Positions 53,317 through 64,000 of a stretch of DNA of 64,000 nucleotides are shown here, in pieces. This DNA is from Octopus vulgaris (taxonomy: Eukaryota). Under the pieces are notes generated by a model. The model was not told the origin of the DNA and did not search any database. It was given only the letters and a program-made list of their open reading frames with translations. Within the stretch, counting starts at the first letter, position 1. Every line of letters starts with the position of its first letter. The position numbers and the translations under genes were made by a program. The DNA lies in the NCBI GenBank assembly GCA_951406725.2, contig OX597814.1, positions 110,670,001 through 110,734,000 of the forward strand, given 5' to 3'.

Positions 53317-54090
53317 CAGTGTTTTTCTCAGCCGGTGTCCATAAGGTTCCTGATGGTCCATATAAGATTTGGTGGTGGTAGTGTGTGTGTGTGTGTGGGG
53401 GGGGTTTCAACACACAAAAAATAGTAAATTAGGGATCCACAACAGCATTTTAAGAGCCCCTGAAATAATTTATAATTTTGCTCTAGATGTATGTATTGCA
53501 AAGAAACAGCTGGGTTTCTTTCTCTAACATTTTACAGGTGCAGGAGTGGCTGTATGATAAGTAGCTTGCTTGCCAACCACATGGTTCTGGGTTCAGTCCC
53601 ACTGCATGGCACCTTGGGCAAGTGTCTTCTGCTATAGCCTCGGGCCAACCAAAGCCTTGTGAGTGGATTTAGTAGACAGAAACTGAAAGAGGCCCATCGT
53701 ATATATATATATATATATATGTTTGTGTGTCTGTGTTTGTCCCCCCACCATCACTTGACAACCGATGCTGGTGTGTTTATGTCCCTGTAATCTAGCAGTT
53801 CAGCAAAAGAGACTGATAGAACAAGTACTAGGTTTACAAAGAATAAGTCCCGGGGTCGATTTGTTCGACTAAAGGCAGTGCTCCAGCATGGCCACAGTCA
53901 AATGACTGAAACAAATAAAAGAGATAGTTCAATCTACACAAGTTTAATATATTACAAACAAAACATGAATTTTGAAAGAGGTTTCTATAACACTAGTTTT
54001 TAAACATCAAATAGCTCTGGGGATCCACCAGAATACAAAAATAATCAAAGGGGTCCATAGATAAAAAAAAAAAATGGTTGAGAATCCCTG
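53317..54090. mobile_element. hAT MITE with a nested full-length major SINE (about 53535-53925)
   Basis: Termini cagtgtttttctcagcc / ggttgagaatccctg; flanks gtctagtg / gtccaatg. Confidence 0.7.
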
Positions 54091-54529
54091 GTCCAATGGC
54101 TCATAGAAATTGTGACAGAGTCGTGTACCTCTTTATATTGTGAACTGAAATCTATCAGGCTTGACTTTGCCTTTCTTTCTTCTCATTGACTAATTCTGAG
54201 AAAGAATTTTGATTGAAACATTCCAGGAAAGAACCTGTTTCCTGCTTAGACATAGGTAATTCGTTGAACATTTAAATCGTTGTGATTTACACGTTACTGT
54301 AGTTTCCAAATTTCCATACTACATGAATTCAAACCGGTTTTCTGTAGGGCTTGAAGTAATTTGGTTATTTTTACAGCTAAAAACTTCGTCTAACTTTAGA
54401 AAATGCTTATAGCAAAAGCCTTAATATCTAAGTTCAGATATATCAGTTCAGCAAGCAACAAGTCCTCCTATATATCTAACATATTGAAATATAGAAATGT
54501 AAAGTACTAGATGTGTCCAACAATTTGCC

Positions 54530-54710
54530 GCAAGATTTTTTTTAGACCAGATATGGTCGGTTGAATTCGGTACATTCCGTAATGGTCCGTATAAAACATG
54601 TCGCTTTATGACGTTTACATTACTTCCGGTTGCTACATAGTCTGGTTTATCGTCTTAACAGTCGAGTGTGGTTTGGATGCTGTACACTTCCCACAGATGT
54701 AGGTTAGTGA
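54530..54710. promoter_or_regulatory. Candidate promoter / transcription start region
   Basis: Local CpG cluster, TGACGT (54609-54614), ETS-type ACTTCCGG (54622-54629), and downstream donor-like sites tag|gttagt (54703) and aag|gtaaga (55352). It marks the start of the repeat-poor zone. Confidence 0.35.
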
Positions 54711-55477
54711 GTATAAAACTCACTACCAACTAACTACTACTACTACTATTTCACATCATCAGAAAAAGAGAGAAAGAAAGTTAATTGATGAATAGACAGG
54801 CGGGTGAATGTGCGCCTCTTCTCATTTTACCGACGATGACCATCATCAAGTTTCATTGATTCTACATGAAAACTTCAATCAATCCATTTGTTTGTGTTTT
54901 TGTAGCAGAGGCGAGAGAGATCGTGCCTCGTCATTGGAACAAATCCCCAGATTTAGAAAGCAGAAGGTGCTGTGAAATGTAACTTCTCTCTTTCTAACTT
55001 TCGTTCCATCCCTACTTCTCGGCCTCTCTTCTCTCTCCCTCCTTCATTCCATTCTTCTCTCTCTCCTATTCCACCCATCTCTCTCTCACCCTCTGTAATC
55101 CAACTTCTATCTCTCTACTCCTCTCTAGTTCCATCTCTCTCTCTCTTCCATCCTTACTTCTCTCTCTCTCTCCCTCTCTTGCTTAACCAAAATTTATCTG
55201 ACAAGATGTGTATAGTGTTGTAATACTATATTTATGATAGTATATATAGACATTTCCTATATACACAAATTCACCGAATTTTGGCTACGAGGTTTCTTTT
55301 CTACGTTTACAAAACTGTCCAAAGAAAAATTTCAACTGGAAACAACATAAGGTAAGAAAACCAATTTGTGTGCGTGTTGTGTGAGTGTGTCCATATATAT
55401 GTATATATACTTCAAAAATGAACTAACTTTTGATTTTAAGAATTTAAACTGTAGTAACATGCATGTGGGTTCTTCTG

Positions 55478-55517
<40 letters not shown>

Positions 55518-56357
55518 TACATACTTGTTCTTGCATGTGTCCATTTATATAATGTTATTAAAACCGTGAATGTCAACAATTTTATTTTGCATTTCTTCAA
55601 TCTCAGTTCTTCTACTGATGGTGGTGAGTGAGGAGATGAAAGAATTAAAGAAGGAAGTTTTTCCTCTTTTTTACCGTTCCATTGCCACACTTTGAGGTGA
55701 AGAATAAGAAAAGTAGAGTTAACTAAACATCAGTTTTATAATAGAGTGAGATGTTTCAACAGTTCTGCACCATCCCAATTTTGGTTTGATGTTTTCTGTA
55801 AAAGACATGATGAGTACAAGGTGGTGGTCACATTGGCCTGGCCGTACATGCTCACTATTCTCTTTCTCTCTTTCTAACATCGCTGATTACAGCAAAAACA
55901 TATTTAAAACACTTGTAACAATGGAATTATTAGTCAAATAAGCTGTTTTTGCTCTCCCAACACACAAATACACACACATGCTATCATGTAATGTAATTAA
56001 CGTTGACAAACATGAACCATTTAAATGAGACCTGGAATCAAATTAAAACCATTTGAGAGAAACAAGCCTTTCTGCTAGTTCATTTAAAAAAAAAATTATA
56101 AGTTTGATGCTATATTGTTCCCATACATATTTACCAAATTTCATTTTGTTGAAGATTAATTAATGAATGAAATAACAGAACTATTAACTTATTTGTAGTG
56201 TGTCGAGTGTTTTCGTTCTGTCTCCTCACCACCGAATAAATATATTTATCTCTGAAGAATTAGCTTAAGATAAAACTGTCTTTCCTTCTCAACTGCAACA
56301 CTTGGTTACCAATTTACATTTAACAAGCACCCTGGGTTTTTCCTTCTTTCTATCTCA

Positions 56358-56388
<31 letters not shown>

Positions 56389-59300
56389 TATTGTTAGCAT
56401 TAATCTCACTATACTATAAATTCCAATGAATTTAATTTCAAATTCAGGACTGGAAAGAAAAAAGAAAAGAAAAAAGGAGATATTCAAAAAAATCCTTTTG
56501 TTGTTCGAGTAACTTCGTTTTGTCATCCTCCCACACGAATGTGTGAATGGATGTTATTTGCTACATTTTCATTTATCCCATGTGACATAAACAATGTCTG
56601 TCTGTTTGTTTGTTTCTTTGTAGTTTGTGCATATAAATCTTTCAGGGCACGTCTGATGCATAAGAGCCGTTGGAAACGGCCGCACATAGCTGTTGTGTAC
56701 ATACATACATACATACACATATACATATATACGTACATGCATATGATAAATATTGTGTGTGTGTATTGTAAACTAATAGGGTTACACGTAGACCTACATT
56801 CCCATCTTTCTCTCCCGCCTCGAGGAATTTCACTGTTTGACAGTTGACGGGGGGCGGAGGTGCTGTTTGTAGAAAGGGGTTGATGTAAAGGATAGAAAGA
56901 AAAAGGAAAAAAGGCAAGTCGGCCAAATGTTATAAATTCGTACAGTCGTTTATTTTCAGCCCCCCGAAACCAACATGTGTGTGTAGAGTTTTTTAAGAAC
57001 ACAAGTTGCAGACATATGTTTGTATTTATTTCCAGCTTCCTTCTCTCTTCGACGCAGCTTGGAATGATGATGTTGTTGTTGTTGTCGATGATGATGACGA
57101 TGGTAGTGATGATGCGAGGTAGTTAGCTGGTCGTTTGCTCATTCATAGCCAAACCCTGTTAGTAATGTATTATTGTTGTTTCATTATCGATTTATCGATG
57201 TAATCGTAAGTCTTCCGTGTTGTAGTGGGAGGAACATACCTGTCGAATGTTAAAAAAACCCCCAAAAAACAAACAAACAAACGAAAAAAGCTACTGAGCT
57301 TTTTTCATAACTGGGTGCTCTGTTAGTCTTTTAAATAAAATAATTATGATCACATATGTTACACAAATCAAATACTTTTATTTCTCTTTTTCAGAAATAA
57401 TGTTATCATTTACAATTAGTGTTATGCGATACTCCTTAGTCAAGCTGCTATTACCATCCTTTATTACCCCTTTGAATTAAAACCGGATTAATTAACCAAC
57501 ATGAACGTTATTAAGGTTTCTTTTACTGCCATAAACTTAGGAATGTTTTCGTATTTCGTCCCCCAGACTTTATTATGTTGCATATTTCATCTTTTTCTTG
57601 TGGTTCCCGGAGCCAGTCACTTTGATGTTTGTTCCCAACGCCATTGGCTTCAATGTATTAAATTTATGGTTCGGTGGTGTGTGTTCGGCGCACATCTATG
57701 TGAAGTCGGCTGTCATCTAATTAGAAGAATCGGCGGAAAATGGAATACAGACAGGGCAGAGAGATTCTTCCTTCCGTTTACTTCACTGTAATATTTGAAA
57801 TTGCTTCTTTCTTAAGTTAGCGTGGTAACTGAGTTAAAAGTGTGAGAGAACTCACACACACACACATGGATGTATGAAATAAGTCAAATGCTATCTGGAT
57901 TCCTCTTGGGTAGCAAAAATAAACATTTTTTTGTACTCAGTTCCCAAATTTTTGTTATTGTAAAGGTCATAAATAGTTTTGCCTGTTTTGGAACGAAAGG
58001 TTAGGCCGTGACGAATTTTACAGGAATCAGAGTAAAATGGAAATACCCAAATAATCTACTATCAGAAATAAATCTTGGAATTTGTCGTTTAATTGCAGAC
58101 TTTAACTGTTAGCAGACCTATTAACTTTCGAGAGACGTGGTCGAAAATAATTGTTCATGCTGAGGAATTTTTTAAGTATGTTTAAGACTTAGGTTTGTGT
58201 AACAGTTACAAAATGATTCAGGATTCATCGTGGTTCATATTCGCGGCGGGAATAATTTACACGCAAAAAAAGGGATTTCTCTTTCACTGCTTTTTGAATT
58301 GCTGGATCAGGGAAACAGGGAATTCAAAATTTTTGTGTTGATGTTTAATAAGATGTAATAGTTTAAAGAAGTTTTTCTCGTCTGAAGAATATTTGTGAAG
58401 ACTGTCAAGAAAGCCCACAGAACTTCGAAACAACCGATTCAGTCGAGTTGGTTGTCAAAAATAAAATAAAATAAAATAAAATAACAGCACCCAAAGTTTG
58501 AATACGTCCGAAACTGCCCATTTTCTATATCCCTTCTTTAAACATTTCTTAAAAATCGAATTCTGTTCAATATTCCTTCAACAGTTAGATTCCATATAAG
58601 AAAGCAATTTGTAAGGAAACATGTAGAAAATTCCAAGTTTTCAGCCTTACAGAATTAGAAAACAAAATTTAGTAGACTAAATTTAAAGGATTTTATTTTA
58701 CTCCCCAGTTCAACAATTGTAAAGATGGTGTAATTAAAAGAAATACCGAGATAAAATGCTAAAAATTCTTTCACTTTTCCGCTGAAAACTTAGTCATTTT
58801 ACAAACGCGATCTTACATTTTGTTGTGTTTAACTCTTAATTGTTTTTTTTAGCTAAACTGAAGGCATTTTCGTTTCTTTTTTGTTCATTTTCAATAGACC
58901 TGTCTTTGTAGTAGATTTATTTCTAGATTCCACCATGTCAGTCGTTAAACTAAATGCCCCTCACTTAAGGTCTTAATAACCAAGAATATGTACTTCATTT
59001 ATAGATTTAAAAACTCCCCCCAAACACAACTGAATATAAGCCAACCGTATACATTTCACTGTCACACACACCTACATATGTTTCTGATACATACACGTGG
59101 CTATTGTGTACACTATTCGAAACGTTACAAACAGCCTTATCTAAAATTCTATTGACTCGGAGCATGCAAGCTACTAATCATTTTTTCCCTTCTTTTGTGA
59201 ATGAACATTCATTTTCACATATAGATTTTCCACCGCCTTCCTCTCTTCCTTCACTCCACATCATTGGTAAAATATTCGAATTTTCAAGTTCCACAACCGC

Positions 59301-60345
59301 CTTCACCGTTCTCTCACCCATTCTCGACTCATGAATGTATTGGCATGATTCGTGCTTGTAAAAAATATACAAAACAACAACAACAACAAAAAAAGCTATG
59401 ATGATAAATCAACGTATGAGAAATTAGTTCATCTCAATGGAATTAAATTCCATTTCTTTGCTTTTATTTATTATTATTTTTTTAATATTTGCCCAGTTCG
59501 ATTTCCTTCCTATCCAACGAACAAGACGTGAAAATATAACAACAGTTTCTCCTCTCCATTTTTCTGTCCATCTGATCTGTTCTTCATCTTGGCTCCCAAC
59601 ACCATTTATTTCTCCTCTCAGACCGATAGTTCCTTCCTTTTCTCACACCCACTCTTCCAATTTCTCTGCCAATTTTTCTCTTTAAGCTATCTCTCCTTTT
59701 TCTTCCCGACCTTTCCTTATCTTATCACTGTTTTATCTTTTTTCTTTCCTCATCCATTCTTTATCTTTTTTGTTCCCTTCTACCTTTTTTTTTTTTTGAA
59801 AGGTACTCGGATGTAGGCACGTATGTTAATGACATACCACCACTCCCATTTAACAAACCTCTCTCTGTTCTCTTTCGTTATATCTGTCCATCTCTCTTTC
59901 ATCTGCCTGTGTCAGTATCTCTCTCTCCTCCTCTCTCTTGTAATGTCAGTTATTATTTAGATCTACCAATGGATCTATCAACTGTTGGATTATTCAGCCG
60001 GTATCTGTTACGGGTTTTCTATTTGAATTTAGTGAAGTGTAAATCGCATCTGCTGTCTTAATGCTTAGCATGTACGTGTGTATGCGTGCACACACACACA
60101 CACGTGTATGTTGTATTGAGAACAGGACTGTTTTCTAGTGTTATCGTTTCATCCAAGTGTTTTTCACATTTTCCTGAGTTCTTAGCAGTTTGCGAGAAAC
60201 ATTAAAGTTTGTTTCTCGTCTCATCTAGTTGAAAGTCTAGGAGCATGGATAATAAAAAAAATAACAATATCGTCATGTTTTCAATGCAGCATATCCAAAA
60301 TGACAAAATGCCCTCCCCCAGTATGCATTATATATATATGATTTG

Positions 60346-60578
60346 TACAAGGAAAAGGTTGACAGGTTGGCGTCTATGGCCTCAAATTTTAGGGGCCTCA
60401 ACCAAGGTGTACAATATCACGGGCCTTTTGGTAACGACCTCGTAAGTGAAAAAGCCGAGGGTCTCTTTTCATCTAAATCCGACAGTGACTTCGAAGTTTC
60501 AGCTTAGTCTCCTTTATCTTACTGTCTGGCGAGGGCAGTTGTTGAAACTCCGAAGTCACTGTCAACCTTTTATTTATA
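60346..60578. mobile_element. Small TIR element (MITE) with an internal inverted repeat
   Basis: tacaaggaaaaggttgacag / ctgtcaaccttttatttata termini; internal gacagtgacttcgaagtttca / tgaaactccgaagtcactgtc. A shorter relative lies at 24703-24779. Confidence 0.6.
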
Positions 60579-63500
60579 GACAGTAAAATATAAAATATAT
60601 ACTCTACTCAAACGTATTGAGTGATCTTTCAGTAAATGTCGACTTTTTATGTAACTGTACTGAAAAACAAACACTGTGTATACATATGTGTGTATATTTA
60701 TATGTATGTACACACACACACTCCCTCTCTCCCTTTCTCTCAAACCTGCTTATGTACACTCGCTCAAATGCATCTACAGTACACATACTCTAACAGATGC
60801 ACTTTCGGAATTTACAAGAATTGGCATAAAGATTGTTATTTAATTGCTTATCCTAGCGATAACTGCGGCAACGAACTAATCAAAGCGGATCAATCACCAC
60901 TATTTTTGGTTTGGTATTTGAATGTTCTTGTAGATTAAGGAAGAAGAAGGAAGGAAGGTAGTTGTATACGTTAGTTCTTGAAAAATGAATGAATCTAGAA
61001 TGTTTTCATTCAGCTTGTTAGAAGAGCCCATTGCTAACACATCCACTGGCAGTTTACGGAGGGAGAGAGAGAGAGAGCCAACCAGCATACTACCTACAAC
61101 TATATTATTTGAAGTTTTATCTTCTCTAGGTTTATGTCAGAATAGATATCTATAAAAATTGTTGTTTAGCTCTGGGTCCGTCCTTTTAGCAGACCTGTCT
61201 TCGATCAGTCATTCCAGCCACGATCATCATGTCTTCTTGTGGTGAGAGGAGAGGAGTACATTATCCAGGGTAGCTTTGATTGTTTTTAGAAGATGCTAGG
61301 GGTGTGATTTGAGGACGATTTGGTAACTATTTTTAATGACTCAAGCGACCACTTTGAAGCCCCTTGGTTGATTTGTGTGTATAAGTACTTTTTCCAGGCT
61401 CTATCTTACAATAGTAACCTTTTGAAAATCTTTCAATTAGATCAAAGTAGTCACTTGACTTGCTAGAAATAGCTGTCAAATCTTTAAAAGTATGTAACAT
61501 ATATATCCAGAATCACGTAGCCTTGGATACAGAGAAAATAAAAGATGGGATGGTCATGGCGTAAGCATTATTGATTATAGATCTGACCAATAGGTTTGTT
61601 CAGTCAGACTTAACATAGCGCTAACTTTGATTATAAGCCTGTTCAGTCATGGCCGGCATTGATCGGTAGTCTTTTCAATCAGGGCTAACTTTGATCACAA
61701 ACGTACTCAGTCAGGGTTAATATGAGCGGGATGCCATCATTACCGAGGCAGCAAGGGAGCTGCTATGTGGTCATTTGGCCTGCTAAAAATAGCAGTTGAA
61801 TCTTCCTCACGATCACTCTATCATATCATCTATAAAAGAAACCGAAAGAAACAAATTTACAATGTAGTTTCGGATATGTAAAAGACGAGATCAACAGGGC
61901 TGGAATGTCTTCTTCATAGGGTTTTCCCCATTAGGTTTGACTTTGAAACATTTTGATTTGCCGAGCCAAAGTTTGTTCCGTCAGATGTAACAGAATTAGT
62001 TATTGAGAAGACCAGAGTCAAAGAATGTGACATTACCTGAGTAAATCTACCGCCCAGTCGTTACGTGTGGGATGTAGGCGCAGGTGTGGATGTGTGATAA
62101 GAAGCTTGCTTTCTAGCCACATGGTTCCGTGTTCAGTCCTGCTGTGTGGCACCTTGGGCAAGCATCTTCTACTATAGCCTCAGGCCGATCAAAGCCTTCT
62201 GGGTGGATTTACTAGGCGGAAACTGAAAGTCCGTCGTGTGTGTGTAGTTGTCTGTTTTCCAGCACTGCTTGACATCTGGTGTTGGTATATTTACGTCCCT
62301 GTAACTTAGCGGTTCTGCAAAAGTATATCTACAAGGTTTAAAATAGAAATAAGTACTGAGGTCCATCTATTCAACTAACAATTATCCAAGGCGGTGGTGC
62401 CCCAGCATGGCTGCAGACTAATTAATGACTGAAACAAGTAAAAGGTAGATTGTTTTAACGAGTAATTTATGTATTGGTGTTTTCCTATTTGCCTTGATGT
62501 CTTTAAAAATATTTGAGATAAAATGGATTCTGTTTGGCAGAATTAGAGACCCTAAACTTCTGTCTCCTCCAGTACCCATGAATGTGATGCAATAAATAAC
62601 ACCACGTGTGTTTATTTGAGGAATTGTGTTTGTTAGAATAATTGCTAAGATTCATCGTCTCCCACACTTGACGAGATAAAAGCAGTTGAAACAGCGACCA
62701 TCTCCCCTTGCTGTCCCTTACCAGGACACAGTTATACACAGTTGAAGCAACATATGGTCTCTTATTGTTTTGTAGAACAATTAAAAATGTTCTTTTAGTC
62801 AGATGACTGTTTGTCGTAGAGTAACTTTAAAAAAAAGTAAACTTTTATCTTGCTTGTAAATTAATACAAATAATTATCAAAGTGGATGCTGTTCGTGATT
62901 GAGAAGTGGAAGTCGTATTTGAAGTAATTAAGATTGCTATATTTATTTAAGACTTATTTTCTCTACCATTTTCCAAGAACGTCGCTGGCTATTGTAGAAA
63001 GAGGACTCGGCAAATGAAATTCTTTTGAATCTCCAAGAGAGTCAAGGCTATTGAACAGGTTGCAAGATGCAACGAAAATTTTAGGAAAATAAGAATTAAG
63101 TGGAAATTTTACCGGTGAGTGTGTTACATTATAAGACAAAAAAAGAAAATGACTCTCCCCAGACATAGCAGAATGAAATCTTTAAATTTCTCTTTTATTA
63201 AAGAAAGTATTCTCTGAAATGGGACACTCGATGTTAAAAGCCTTCATCGTTAGATTGTAACTGTAGAAGGTTGGGATAGATCCGGGTAGAAAAATAAATG
63301 TGGACAAGTTTAGTGATGATAAGAACCAACTCTGGAGACGTCTGGACTTGTCACCTTGTTGACTTGGAACGATGACAGGAGTTTTCGCCCCTGGTGACTG
63401 TGTAGTTGAGGTGGGGAAAATTTGTGTGTGTAGAATTGGAAGCAAAACAAACAACCAATGTGTGCTATTTACAGAACTCTGTTGGCGGGTAGGAGGATTC

Positions 63501-64000
63501 TGCTCAGTTAGTAGAGAGATCCTATTGGCAAGGGACCAGAAGGTTCAGTTGCAAAGTGGGAAGCCAGACATTATAAGCCGCACAGTGCACGAAAACATCC
63601 TTTACTTTCCTATTGGTCGTCTTGTATGCGTTTAGGTGGTGGGTAAACGTGGTGGTGGAGTATAGTTTCTTTCTGGTGATATTGTAGGCAGTGTTCGTCG
63701 TATCTACAGTTACAGTGTAGATGTTGGGTGGCAGGGATTTTTGGTTAGTGTTAGGTGTGTGTGTGGAGGGATATACGTAGGTGGATGGCGTCAGTGAGAT
63801 ATTAAACTGTTTCGGATGGATCAAAGGTGAAACGTTTGCTAGCAAGAGCAAGCAGTGAGCAATACATGCAACTTGGCGGTATTTCTGCTCTGTTGAGAAA
63901 CGCGAGTTCGTGGGTGTGTGTGTGGTGTGAGGGTCAGGGTGGGGTCAGTCCTTGATGGTGAAACGATGCTGGGTGACTTTGTAGTGATTATACACTGATC

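Overview
Eukaryotic, AT-rich, repeat-saturated DNA; the SINE, LINE and microsatellite repertoire suggests an octopus (coleoid cephalopod), which is an inference. The only host gene I can support is a spliced BolA1-like gene on the + strand. Three coding exons (2974-3038, 4003-4071, 7893-7976) splice in frame to GSETHFKVMVVSHDFNGIGLVQ-RHRKINQCLSEELEGGVHALSIT-AHTSEEWIKKNGTFNKSPPCMGGDASR*, and its 5' exon(s) are not identifiable here. Most of the rest is transposon relics: several tRNA-derived SINE families, many 3' ends of an RTE LINE with (GAT)n tails, an RTE LINE end with three C2H2 fingers, R4/Dong-like and Hero/NeSL-like fragments, a Tigger/pogo deletion derivative, hAT MITEs, two solo LTRs and hammerhead-like motifs. 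There are also long palindromes, a recent 346-bp tandem duplication, an orphan minus-strand exon candidate, and a repeat-poor, CpG-retaining stretch from about 54.5 kb that looks regulatory. Almost all ORFs in the supplied track are microsatellite or repeat artefacts. I found no convincing novel protein-coding system.
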